This document shows positions 1 through 9,240 of a stretch of DNA of 64,000 bases, one piece after another (position 1 is the stretch's first letter; each line of letters begins with the position of its first letter). A model generated the notes under the pieces. It worked only from the letters and a program-made list of their open reading frames with translations. It made no database searches and had not been told where the DNA came from. Location: the NCBI GenBank assembly GCA_022573655.1, contig JACZTO010000001.1, positions 30,169 through 94,168 on the forward strand, given 5' to 3'. Origin of the DNA: Pseudomonadota bacterium (GTDB lineage Bacteria > Pseudomonadota > Gammaproteobacteria > Steroidobacterales > Woeseiaceae). Made by a program: the position numbers and the translations under genes.

Positions 1-538
1 GCGCAGCCTGTCCGGAGGTATGAAGCGTCGACTCATGATTGCCCGCGCTCTGGTGCACGAACCGAAACTCCTGATACTTGACGAACCCACTGCCGGTGTC
101 GATATCGAAATTCGACGTTGGATGTGGGGGTTCCTGAAGGATATCAACGAGGCAGGAACGACGATAATTCTGACCACTCACTATCTCGAGGAGGCAGAGT
201 CACTGTGCCGCGATATCGCGATAATTGATGAGGGATTAATTATTGAGGACGCGAAAATGAGTACCGTGTTGCGCAAGCTGCAGCGAGAGGTTTTCGTTCT
301 CAGCCTGGCGACTGAAATCTCCACAGCGCCCGTACTGGACGGCTTCAAGGCGCGACTGCGCAATAATTGCGAGCTCGAAGTCGAGAAGGGGCCTGACCGT
401 GACATTAACGACCTGTTCGATCAACTTAGCGCCCGGGAGATCAAAGTTGTCAGTCTGCGCAACAAGGCAAACCGGTTGGAAGAGCTGTTCATGCGTCTTG
501 TGAAGAACAAGCAATCACCAAGCGGTGGCACGGAATGA
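1..538 (+). CDS. ABC transporter ATP-binding protein, C-terminal part (5' end lies outside the window)
   Basis: The frame is open upstream of the listed ATG. Codons at 2-19 read RSLSGG, completing the ABC signature LSGGMKRR. This is followed by Walker B LLILDEPTAGVD and H-loop TTHY. The stop overlaps the next start (ATGA at 535-538). Confidence 0.9.
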   Translation, partial: RSLSGGMKRRLMIARALVHEPKLLILDEPTAGVDIEIRRWMWGFLKDINEAGTTIILTTHYLEEAESLCRDIAIIDEGLIIEDAKMSTVLRKLQREVFVLSLATEISTAPVLDGFKARLRNNCELEVEKGPDRDINDLFDQLSAREIKVVSLRNKANRLEELFMRLVKNKQSPSGGTE

Positions 539-1308
539 ACGTCGCCCTGAATCTCGTCGCTGTAAAGACAATCATTCGCAAGGAGATAGTCCGCGTACTG
601 CGCATTTGGATACAGACGATTGTGCCGCCCGCCATTACGATGACGTTGTATTTCGTTATTTTTGGCAACCTGATTGGTAAGCGCATCGGTAGCATGGATG
701 GATTCGACTACATGCAATACATTGCGCCAGGGTTGATCATGATGTCCGTCATCACCAATTCATACGGTAACGTTGTGTCATCTTTCTTCGGTGCGAAGTT
801 CACTCGCCATATTGAGGAAATGCTGGTCGCGCCGATGTCCAACGCGTCTATTATTATCGGCCACGTCGCGGGTGGTGTATTGCGCGGCCTGCTGGTTGGC
901 ACGCTCGTTACCGTGATTGCATTGTTTTTTACGCGCCTGGATATCGCCCATCCGTTTATCATGATCTCCGTTGTGTTGTTATCGTCAATCGTCTTTTCGC
1001 TGGCCGGTTTCATCAACGCCATATTCGCGACGAAATTTGATGACATTTCCATCGTACCGACATTTGTATTGACGCCGCTGACATATCTGGGCGGCGTGTT
1101 CTACACTATTTCCTTGCTGCCGCCGTTCTGGCAGAGCGTGTCGAAGGCGAATCCGATTCTTTACATGGTGAACGCCTTTCGCTACGGCATCCTCGGCAAG
1201 TCGGACATAGACATTGGCCATGCGTACGTCATCCTGTTTGTGTTCATCGTTGTCCTGTTTACGGCCTGCGTGCAGCTGATGCGTCGCGGTATCGGAATTC
1301 GAGAGTAG
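535..1308 (+). CDS. ABC-2 type transporter permease (YadH-like)
   Basis: 257 aa with multiple hydrophobic spans. It is translationally coupled to the upstream ATPase. Confidence 0.85.
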   Translation: MNVALNLVAVKTIIRKEIVRVLRIWIQTIVPPAITMTLYFVIFGNLIGKRIGSMDGFDYMQYIAPGLIMMSVITNSYGNVVSSFFGAKFTRHIEEMLVAPMSNASIIIGHVAGGVLRGLLVGTLVTVIALFFTRLDIAHPFIMISVVLLSSIVFSLAGFINAIFATKFDDISIVPTFVLTPLTYLGGVFYTISLLPPFWQSVSKANPILYMVNAFRYGILGKSDIDIGHAYVILFVFIVVLFTACVQLMRRGIGIRE

Positions 1309-1310
1309 TC

Positions 1311-1979
1311 ATGTGCGGTCGCTTTGCGTTTTACTCACCCAGTGAAGCGACGGCGGCATTGTTCGGTGTGGACGGCAGTATTGCTGTGGAGCCGCGCTAT
1401 AACATTGCGCCGACGCAGTTCATAGCGGCTGTTCGTGAAGACGAAGAGCAAAATCGTGAGCTGGTGATGTTGCGTTGGGGGCTAGTGCCGTTCTGGGCCA
1501 AGGACCCGGCGATAGGCAATCGCATGATAAACGCGCGTGCGGAGACGGTTGCAGAAAGGCCGTCTTACCGCGCCGCGTTCCAGCACCGCAGGTGCCTGGT
1601 GCTCGCCGATGGATTCTATGAATGGCGCAAGGAGGGCAATACCAAGACCCCGTACTTCATCTCGCTGGCCAGTGGCAAGCCATTCGGACTTGCAGGTCTC
1701 TGGGAAAACTGGACAGACAAGAACAGCGGTGAATCAATACAATCGACGACGCTGATCACTACGGCTGCAAATGATTTCATGGCGACCCTGCACCATCGTA
1801 TGCCTGTGATCCTGCAGGCGGATACTGCAAATGAATGGCTGTCGGGGCCTGGTGATTTTCTCGAACGCTCAGCGGCAAGCTCGCCCGCATTGCAAGCATG
1901 GCCTGTCGACCGGCGTGTAAACAACGCCCGCAACAGCGGCGCCGAACTAATTGCGGCTACCGGCGATATCCTTAGCTGA
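1311..1979 (+). CDS. yedK: SOS response-associated peptidase (SRAP / YedK family, abasic-site DNA-protein crosslink)
   Basis: N-terminus MCGRF carries the catalytic Cys2. Length is 222 aa, with family-typical stretches NARAET and LADGFYEW. Confidence 0.9.
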   Translation: MCGRFAFYSPSEATAALFGVDGSIAVEPRYNIAPTQFIAAVREDEEQNRELVMLRWGLVPFWAKDPAIGNRMINARAETVAERPSYRAAFQHRRCLVLADGFYEWRKEGNTKTPYFISLASGKPFGLAGLWENWTDKNSGESIQSTTLITTAANDFMATLHHRMPVILQADTANEWLSGPGDFLERSAASSPALQAWPVDRRVNNARNSGAELIAATGDILS

Positions 1980-3785
1980 GACAAAGGGTCGGACAGAGAC
2001 AATCATCGTTCCCGGACCGCCGTGAACGCCAAGCCCGGTACCAAGCCCGCAGACAGTCAGTTTCTTTATGGCGGGCATCCTGGCTCGCAATGCGATTGCC
2101 ATTTCCTCTGCGTCTGCGCGGCAGATGGCGTGTCCTACGCCGACCTCAATCGGGACGGTGGGAGATCTGCGAGCGACAAATCCGGCGAACCTGGCAATTC
2201 GAACGCGTTGCCTGAACAGAAACCCAGCCAATGCGATGCGGCCCTCCAGAGTCGTGCGGATAATCGGCGTCAGGCGTAACAGATCGGCGACGGTTTTCAC
2301 CCACTGCGGAAGCCGGCCGCCACGTACCGCGTACTCGAGGTTACTGAGAAGGGCGAATGTCCGGACGTGTGGAATCTGCATGTTGATAGCGGCCAGCGTC
2401 GTTTCCAGGTCAAGCCCCGCATGAGCACACTCGGCTGCCAGCACGACAAGCTGACCCTGGCCCATCGACGCGTTGCGAGAATCAATTACGTGTATTTCCC
2501 CCGATGCCGCCGTACGTTTGGCTGCTGAACGCGCGCCTTCATACGTGCCGCTGGCAGCAGCAGTCAGATTAATAGACAGGACAGCGGGGAAGTGACTGGC
2601 GAGAAACTGAAATTGGCGCCGAAAATCCCCGGGAGCGGGTTGTGACGTCGTCGGGTGGTGCGGGTTGCTCTTGAGCTCGGCGAAAAACTCTTCTGTCGTA
2701 ATACTAAGCTTGTCGAGATAGCCGCGGTCGCCGAATTGAATGCGACACGGCACCATGTGTATATCGAGACGTTCCATGTCGTCTTCAGAAATATCGGCCG
2801 CCGAATCCGTAATCACAGCGAACTTGCGGGTGCCGCTATGCGTACCGCTTTGCTGACGATACATATCATCTGCTTTTTCGGCACTAACGACGCCGTATTG
2901 TCGCGCTGCAGCGAATACCAGGTCTGGCTTGTCAACATGAATGTGAATTTTAGCCTTGCGTTTTGTGCCTGCAAGCACAATCGAATCGCCCAGAAGGGCG
3001 AGCGCTTCCCTTAACTTGCGACGGTCAATAACGTCGCTCGTGATGATGCACTCGGTGCAAAAACGATATCGCGATTCGTTGTCGGAAACAGAGACCTCGA
3101 CAGCCGGCTCGACGCCGTGCAACGCTGACAGGTCGGGTGGCGCAGTGATTTGACCGCTGGTGAGGTAGTCCGAAATGCCTCCTACAAGTTCGGCGAAGCC
3201 CTTTGCACCTGCGTCGACAACGCCGGCTTTTCTCAGTACCTCAAGTTGCTGCGGCGTATTTGCAAGCGCTTCTTCGACGCGCAACACTGCTTGCCGGACC
3301 ACAGTTTGAAAACTTTGCTCGTGCAATTCCGCGGTCTGTTCGACGATGCAGTCGGCGAATGCGGCAATGACCGAAAGAATCGTTCCCTGGCACGGTTTTG
3401 AAAGTGCATCGTGGGCGTATTTGCTGCCTGCGCACACAGCCTGGCCAAATGTGCGAGTCGTAAAATGTGAGGCCTCGCCGGCCGAGTCACTCATGCCCTG
3501 AAAAAATTGCGCGATAATTGCCCCGGAGTTGCCACGAGCGCTGTCGAGCAATGTATCGGCAGTATCTGCGAGCATCGTGCCGAGATGTTTTTCTCCAGGC
3601 TTGCTCAGCAGTGAAAGGACGGGGCTCAAGGACAGAGTTAGATTGGTGCCTGTGTCACTGTCGGCGACCGGAAAGACGTTGATGCGGTTGAGTAGATCCT
3701 GTTGAGCGATCACTCGATGTATGCCGGAGATTAACGCTGCGGCAAGTATTTTGCCGTCAATGGTATTGCCCGCAATATCGCTCAA
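1947..3785 (-). CDS. Dak2 (FakA-like kinase) domain fused to a DegV (FakB-like fatty-acid binding) domain
   Basis: The N-terminus has VADSDTGTNLTLSL (Dak2/DhaL-type nucleotide site). A FakA-like middle segment follows (RFCTECII..LGDSIVLAG..KIHIHV). From about residue 320 there is a DegV-type start, KFAVITDSAADISEDD. Confidence 0.8.
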   Translation of the reverse strand: MSDIAGNTIDGKILAAALISGIHRVIAQQDLLNRINVFPVADSDTGTNLTLSLSPVLSLLSKPGEKHLGTMLADTADTLLDSARGNSGAIIAQFFQGMSDSAGEASHFTTRTFGQAVCAGSKYAHDALSKPCQGTILSVIAAFADCIVEQTAELHEQSFQTVVRQAVLRVEEALANTPQQLEVLRKAGVVDAGAKGFAELVGGISDYLTSGQITAPPDLSALHGVEPAVEVSVSDNESRYRFCTECIITSDVIDRRKLREALALLGDSIVLAGTKRKAKIHIHVDKPDLVFAAARQYGVVSAEKADDMYRQQSGTHSGTRKFAVITDSAADISEDDMERLDIHMVPCRIQFGDRGYLDKLSITTEEFFAELKSNPHHPTTSQPAPGDFRRQFQFLASHFPAVLSINLTAAASGTYEGARSAAKRTAASGEIHVIDSRNASMGQGQLVVLAAECAHAGLDLETTLAAINMQIPHVRTFALLSNLEYAVRGGRLPQWVKTVADLLRLTPIIRTTLEGRIALAGFLFRQRVRIARFAGFVARRSPTVPIEVGVGHAICRADAEEMAIALRARMPAIKKLTVCGLGTGLGVHGGPGTMIVSVRPFVSAKDIAGSRN

Positions 3786-3807
3786 GTGCCAATGCTCAAC
3801 TGGGGTG

Positions 3808-4410
3808 TTATTCGCGCGGTAGCAGAAACAACGTGTCTTGATAGTTCAGGACGACGCCCCCAGGGGTAATTTCGGCGACAACGGGTCCTTCGGAAAGTCG
3901 AGTGCCTTCGCGTTGCTTCGCCATATTAATGAAAACGAAGCGGTCTTCCGGGACGTCACTGTACACATGGATATCAAGGTGCAGATCTGGCAGCGTGACG
4001 ATGCCGCTGGCACGCACTTCGTGGATGCTGGGAATCAACGGGCTGTTTCGTGACGATCTTACCGGCGGTAGTGATAACGCAGTCTCGCGCGCCGTTTGAA
4101 CGGGCGCGATCTGCATTGGTGACGTGTTCTGGCGTGCTGCCGAAACTTGTTCTGCGAAACTCGACTGCGTTGCAGCTGGCAGTGAAATATTGTCAGTCTG
4201 AGAGCCTGTTGAACCCGTTGGCACGACCTCCGGGCGCAACAACCAACTGACCACTACAGCGAGATTTATCGCCAGTAACAGCCCGACTATCCAGAGCCAG
4301 TGGGAAACACGCGGCAAGCGGGCACTGCCCGGCACGCTTGTGAATTCGGCTGCGCCATGTGACTGCCGTTCCGATTCGGATTTTTTTAATGCATCAAGAA
4401 TAAATGACAT
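3808..4410 (-). CDS. gspB: GspB/ExeB-like type II secretion accessory protein
   Basis: N-terminus MSFILDALKKSESERQ is typical of GspB, followed by one TM segment. The gene lies immediately downstream of exeA/gspA. Confidence 0.6.
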   Translation of the reverse strand: MSFILDALKKSESERQSHGAAEFTSVPGSARLPRVSHWLWIVGLLLAINLAVVVSWLLRPEVVPTGSTGSQTDNISLPAATQSSFAEQVSAARQNTSPMQIAPVQTARETALSLPPVRSSRNSPLIPSIHEVRASGIVTLPDLHLDIHVYSDVPEDRFVFINMAKQREGTRLSEGPVVAEITPGGVVLNYQDTLFLLPRE

Positions 4411-6051
4411 TTACGGATCTCGCGCTAATCGCGTTGTAGTCAGCCGCGGTGTGCCGTCTATAACCAACAACGAATTAATGACGATCTGGGTTTGCTTCCC
4501 GGCCAGGCCATCGATGTCCAGGCGATGGTCGCGTTGGAACGTGCTTACAATCTCCTCGATGTCGCCGTCGTATTGGTCGGATGTCATGTTATCGCTGCGG
4601 TAACGGTCGTCAATGGCGGCCAGGCTCGCTCTCAGCCACAGTACCTGCTGGTTCTGCGATCCGGGCACTAACGATACAGCCAAACCATTCGCCGGTCGCC
4701 ACAGCAGCATGTAATGGCCAAACCAAACGTTCGATACTTCAACGATCGGGTGCGTTACCGTGACGCCGCCTATGGAGAGCTCAGCGTTGTCACCCTGAAT
4801 TGCCGTCAGAACGATCTCGTGCGTGTCGCCTCTACTGTCAACTAATGACAGAATTGCGGGCCGGTCGAGTTGTCGCAGGTTGCTCCACGAGCCGCGTTGA
4901 TAAAGACAGGCGAGCCCGGCTGCTGCGGCTTGTGTGCAGACATCGCGCGCGCCGGTGTCATATTGGGTGTTCCAGAGATCGAACAGGGCCGAGTGCGCGA
5001 AGTCAATGCTGGTTAGTTCAGCCGCCAGTTCCAGTTGTGCCAGCAATGTTAATTCTGTTTGTTCTGGCGGCGGCGCAGGGACCGGTTCAGAGGCCACCAT
5101 TGGAGTCGTTGGCTGTGCTTCGGCTATCGTCTGCTGTTGCTGTTGCTGCTGCGTAGTGGGCCAAATGGCCACCAGTATTAGGCCTGCCCCGAAAACGCCG
5201 GCCGTTATGGCCAGGCGGCGATACAGTGGCGGCCAACCGATTTGACCGGATACCTCGGCGGCAGCACGCTTGACCAGGCGTCGGTTTACATGACGGGACT
5301 CCTGGCTGTATGCACCCAGTAGAGCCCGGTCGCAAATGACGTTGATGAGTCTCGGCACACCTTTCGACAGGCGAAAAATTTCGCGTTTCGCGCCATGGTC
5401 AAACACTTCGCCCAAAGCTCCGGCGACGCGCAGACGATGTTCGACGTATAGCGCTGTTTCGTCGCGGGACAGTGGTTTGAGGTGATAACGACCGGTTATG
5501 CGCTGCGCCAACTGGCGCAAGTCGTTGCGCGCGAGCAAGTCACGTAGTTCGGGCTGGCCGATGAGAATAATCTGCAACAGTTTCTGTTTGGCCGTTTCGA
5601 GATTGGTCAGCAGGCGCACCTGTTCAAGAACTGAGGGAGCGAGGTTCTGCGCTTCGTCGACGACAAGAATTGTGCGCCGATTGTCGGCGTGCGCCTTCAA
5701 CAAATGATGATTGAGAGCGTCGGTCAGGGCCTTGCTGCTGTCGGAATTCTCAGGAACATCGATTTCGAGTTCTTCACATATGGTCGCCAAAAATTCGTGG
5801 GCTGACAGCTGCGGGTTCAGGACAACAGCGACATCCGCGTTTTCGGGCATGCGATTTAGCAGCAGCGTTCGCACCAGCGTGGTCTTGCCCGTGCCGACTT
5901 CACCGGTCAACTGAATAAACCCACCGCTTTCGGTGACACCATAGACGAGGTGCGCGAGTGCTTCGGCATGCCGCTCGCTCATAAACAGGTAACGCGGGTC
6001 TGGCGTTATCGAGAACGGCTTTTCATTGAGTCCGAAAAAGCTGGTGTACAT
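4411..6051 (-). CDS. gspA: ExeA/GspA-like AAA ATPase with C-terminal peptidoglycan-binding domain
   Basis: N-terminus FFGLNEKPFSITPDPRYLF with Walker A GEVGTGKT and Walker B ILVVDEAQ. There is one TM segment and a poly-Q linker. The C-terminus FQRDHRLDIDGLAGKQT looks like a PG_binding_1 domain. Confidence 0.85.
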   Translation of the reverse strand: MYTSFFGLNEKPFSITPDPRYLFMSERHAEALAHLVYGVTESGGFIQLTGEVGTGKTTLVRTLLLNRMPENADVAVVLNPQLSAHEFLATICEELEIDVPENSDSSKALTDALNHHLLKAHADNRRTILVVDEAQNLAPSVLEQVRLLTNLETAKQKLLQIILIGQPELRDLLARNDLRQLAQRITGRYHLKPLSRDETALYVEHRLRVAGALGEVFDHGAKREIFRLSKGVPRLINVICDRALLGAYSQESRHVNRRLVKRAAAEVSGQIGWPPLYRRLAITAGVFGAGLILVAIWPTTQQQQQQQTIAEAQPTTPMVASEPVPAPPPEQTELTLLAQLELAAELTSIDFAHSALFDLWNTQYDTGARDVCTQAAAAGLACLYQRGSWSNLRQLDRPAILSLVDSRGDTHEIVLTAIQGDNAELSIGGVTVTHPIVEVSNVWFGHYMLLWRPANGLAVSLVPGSQNQQVLWLRASLAAIDDRYRSDNMTSDQYDGDIEEIVSTFQRDHRLDIDGLAGKQTQIVINSLLVIDGTPRLTTTRLARDP

Positions 6052-6085
6052 GATTCCCTGCGAAGGCTCAGGCTGACCTGCAATT

Positions 6086-7267
6086 CTACCCTAATCGGCG
6101 CCTGTCCAAAGTCCTGGCCCGGGCAACCGAGCTGGTACCAAAACGATCACGGATCTCATCGACCGTGTTATCGACCACCGTGTTGCCCTGTTTGATATCT
6201 GTGCTAAACAGGTCGGACTGCCTGGCAGGCGCCAAATTGTTGCCACCGACGCCGAGCAGGCGGATTTTGGCGCCGGGATTATCGACCAGCCACGACTTGA
6301 GCAAATCGCGGGCGACGGCGTAGATCTGGTCTGTGCCGCTAGCGGGTGGTGTGATGCTGCGCTGGCGGGTGTAGGTTTTGAAGTCGGCGCGACGAATCTT
6401 GATTTGTACCGTGCCTGCGCCAAGGGCCGCCTTGCGTAGTCGACTTGCTGTTCGCTCGGTCAGGCGCAGTAACTCGCGGTCCATTTCGGCCGGGCTCGAT
6501 AAGTCGGTGTCGAAGGTCTCCTCGGCACTAATGGACTTCTCTTCATGAGAAGACACCACAGGTCTGGTGTCGATGCCCGCAGCGGAATCGCGGGTTTTCC
6601 GGGTGTAGCGTCCGAATATCGGTTCCAGGTCCCGGTCAGTTGCGGTACGAAGATCACGAACTGTGTTGATTTGGATAGTGCGGAGCCGCTTGAGGGTTTC
6701 AGATCCGATGCCGGGAATGACATGCACCGGCAGTGGGTCGAGCTTTTTCTCATAATCCGCAGGCTCGACAACGGTTAATCCATCCGGTTTGTCGAGATCA
6801 GAAGCAATTTTCGCGATGAGCTTGTTGTGTGCGACGCCTACAGAGGCTGTCAACCCCGTTTCCGCATGGATACGCTGTTTTATCTCAGCGGCGATTAAGG
6901 CCGGCGAGCCAAACAATTTGACGCTGGCGGTTACGTCGAGGAACGCTTCATCAAGGGACAGGCCCTCAACGAGCGGAGTGAATTCGCGAAAAACCGTGAA
7001 AATCTGGCTGGAAACATTTCTGTAATGTGACATTCGTGGCTGGACACGGCACAAATGACTACAGCGCCGCATGGCTTCGGCCATCGGCATGGCCGAGAAA
7101 ATACCAAATTCTCGCGCCTCGTAACTTGCTGCTGCAACGACGCCGCGGTTTGTGCGGCCACCGACGACGACCGGCCTGCCCATGAGCTCGGGGGCATCGC
7201 GTTGCTCGATGGAGGCATAGAAGGCGTCCATATCAACATGCAAAATACTGCGGTTTGACGAGGGCAT
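6086..7267 (-). CDS. dinB: DNA polymerase IV (Y-family)
   Basis: ILHVDMDAFYASIEQRD and SLDEAFLDV motifs. I chose the internal ATG at 7267 (MPSSNRS...) because the longer ORF to 7333 would overlap the ispA 3' end. Confidence 0.9.
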   Translation of the reverse strand: MPSSNRSILHVDMDAFYASIEQRDAPELMGRPVVVGGRTNRGVVAAASYEAREFGIFSAMPMAEAMRRCSHLCRVQPRMSHYRNVSSQIFTVFREFTPLVEGLSLDEAFLDVTASVKLFGSPALIAAEIKQRIHAETGLTASVGVAHNKLIAKIASDLDKPDGLTVVEPADYEKKLDPLPVHVIPGIGSETLKRLRTIQINTVRDLRTATDRDLEPIFGRYTRKTRDSAAGIDTRPVVSSHEEKSISAEETFDTDLSSPAEMDRELLRLTERTASRLRKAALGAGTVQIKIRRADFKTYTRQRSITPPASGTDQIYAVARDLLKSWLVDNPGAKIRLLGVGGNNLAPARQSDLFSTDIKQGNTVVDNTVDEIRDRFGTSSVARARTLDRRRLG

Positions 7268-7271
7268 CGGT

Positions 7272-8162
7272 TTACTGCCCGCGTTCGACAATGTATCGGG
7301 CCAGCCCCACCAGCGATGCAGCAGAGTCGGCAAACGGCTCGAGATGACTCAGCGCGCCGTCCAGCAGCTCAGCGCAGCGCCGTCTCGATGCTGCGATGCC
7401 GAACAATGCGGGGTAGGTCGCTTTGTCGAGCGACTGGTCCGAACCGGCAGGCTTGCCAATGACTTCCGTTTCACCCTCGACATCAAGAATGTCGTCCTTG
7501 ATTTGAAACGCCACACCGATTGCCCGACCGAAGTCATCCAGGGAGCTGGCGTGTGCCGCAGAAAGATCCTCGCGAAGTAAACAAACGGATACAACTGCCG
7601 CATGAATAAGTGCCCCGGTCTTGAGCGCATACATGTCCTCAATTTCTGCTCTCGTCAGTGATTGGCCCTCGGCCGCAAGATCAATAGACTGGCCGCCCGT
7701 CATTCCCCTGGAGCCGCAAGACTCGGCGAGCAATTGGACCAACTGGATTTTTGCGGTGGCGGACACGCCCTGGATGTTCGCAAGCACCGAGAAGGCCAGA
7801 GGCTGCAGCGCGTCAGCAGCGAGTATTGCCGTGGCTTCGTCGTATTGCTTGTGCGTGGTTGGCTTGCCACGGCGAAGATCGTCATCGTCCATGGCTGGCA
7901 GGTCGTCATGAATCAGGGAAAATGCGTGCATCAGCTCAAGGGCGACCGCCGGTGCATCAAGCAGGTCAGTATCGACGTTCAGACACTCGCCTGTTGCGTA
8001 AACCAGCAATGGTCGGATGCGCTTGCCACCGTTGAACACGGAATACCGCATCGCTTCGTGCAATCGATCCGGGCTCGTCGAGGTTAACGGCAATGCCGCA
8101 TTGAGCTTCTCGTCCACGCGCAGAGTATAGCGAGCGATACGATTCTTGAAATTCTCGGACAA
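7272..8162 (-). CDS. ispA: (2E,6E)-farnesyl diphosphate synthase (polyprenyl synthetase)
   Basis: First Asp-rich motif LIHDDLPAMDDDDLRRGKPT and second motif FQIKDDILD. Length is 296 aa. Confidence 0.9.
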   Translation of the reverse strand: MSENFKNRIARYTLRVDEKLNAALPLTSTSPDRLHEAMRYSVFNGGKRIRPLLVYATGECLNVDTDLLDAPAVALELMHAFSLIHDDLPAMDDDDLRRGKPTTHKQYDEATAILAADALQPLAFSVLANIQGVSATAKIQLVQLLAESCGSRGMTGGQSIDLAAEGQSLTRAEIEDMYALKTGALIHAAVVSVCLLREDLSAAHASSLDDFGRAIGVAFQIKDDILDVEGETEVIGKPAGSDQSLDKATYPALFGIAASRRRCAELLDGALSHLEPFADSAASLVGLARYIVERGQ

Positions 8163-8277
8163 TGCGCGCGCTCTTATGAGGGCCGTGTAGCGTACACGGA
8201 AATCTGCCAGTGTGCGCGAGTCTGACTGGGCTATAATTCGCGTCCTTTAGAACCCGACAAGACCAGGAAAAAGGCAC

Positions 8278-9240
8278 ATGCGGGCAACGGCGATTGCACA
8301 GCCGAATATTGCGCTCATCAAGTACTGGGGCAAGCGCGACAGCACACGCAACCTGCCCGCGGTTGGATCTATTTCGATCACTCTGCGCGACCTGTTTACC
8401 AAAATGTCGGTGCAGCTGGACGCCGAACTTGCCAGCGATGTTCTTTACGTTAACGACGAGCGCGATGATGGGATGCTGCCGCGCATCAGCGCATGCCTTG
8501 ACGAAGTGATTGGCCGCAGTCGGATGCGTGCCCGGGTAGACAGCGTTTGCAACTTTCCCATAGCGGCGGGGCTGGCGTCGTCTGCATCGGCTTTTGCCGC
8601 CACAACGTTGGCAGCAGCTGGGGCTGCCGACCTCCATTTGGATACACAGCGGCTTGCATCGCTGGCCGGTCGAGCCTCTGGATCTGCTGCACGCTCCCTA
8701 TACGGTGGTTTCGTTGAACTGGCTAACAAAGGTAACGACATCGCGATGACTGTTCTATGTGACGCTGATTCGTGGCCGTTGTCTGTCGTTGTTGCAGTCA
8801 CGGAGTCTGTGCCAAAGGCAGTGGGCTCGAGCGAAGCTATGGAGATCAGTCGCAAGACGTCACCGTTCTATGCAAATTGGGTAGAGCGGCAACCAGAGGA
8901 CCTCGATGTTGCTCGCAATGCTATTTTGGAGCGCGACTTCAGGCAACTTGCGATCATCGCGGAACACAACTGTCTGAAAATGCATTCTGTCATGTGGGCA
9001 TCGAGACCGCCGACGATGTTCTGGAATGCCGCAACGATGGCTTGCCTGCAGACGGTGCGCAAATTACAGGGCGACGGTTGCAGCGTGTTTTTTACGATAG
9101 ATGCCGGGCCGCAGGTCAAGGCAGTGTGCTTGCCGGGGGATGCGGAAACCGTACACGCGGCGCTGGCAGCAACTCCCGGCGTGACGGAGGTATTGGTCAG
9201 CGCTCTCGGTGCCGCGGCACGGCTGGTTGATCCACGATGA
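8278..9240 (+). CDS. mvaD: diphosphomevalonate decarboxylase
   Basis: NIALIKYWGKRD and GLASSASAFAA (GHMP motif). Length is 320 aa. This is the first gene of an overlapping operon. Confidence 0.9.
   Translation: MRATAIAQPNIALIKYWGKRDSTRNLPAVGSISITLRDLFTKMSVQLDAELASDVLYVNDERDDGMLPRISACLDEVIGRSRMRARVDSVCNFPIAAGLASSASAFAATTLAAAGAADLHLDTQRLASLAGRASGSAARSLYGGFVELANKGNDIAMTVLCDADSWPLSVVVAVTESVPKAVGSSEAMEISRKTSPFYANWVERQPEDLDVARNAILERDFRQLAIIAEHNCLKMHSVMWASRPPTMFWNAATMACLQTVRKLQGDGCSVFFTIDAGPQVKAVCLPGDAETVHAALAATPGVTEVLVSALGAAARLVDPR

Noticed and set aside
1947-1979. Convergent 3'-end overlaps between genes (1947-1979, 32766-32783, 35902-35925, 40497-40500).
   Set aside because: These reflect compact genome organisation. 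No conserved structure or additional ORF was seen in the overlaps.
5131-5151. CAG/CAA triplet run in exeA, considered as a phase-variation tract.
   Set aside because: Triplet units keep the frame, and the run is interrupted by mixed CAG and CAA codons. It would give length polymorphism at most, not on/off switching.
8232-8237. TATAAT hexamer 40 nt upstream of the mevalonate operon start, and a 7-bp hairpin CCGTGTA gcg TACACGG at 8183-8199.
   Set aside because: No credible -35 lies at 16-18 nt, and the hairpin is short. They are plausible but cannot be supported as promoter or operator from sequence alone.
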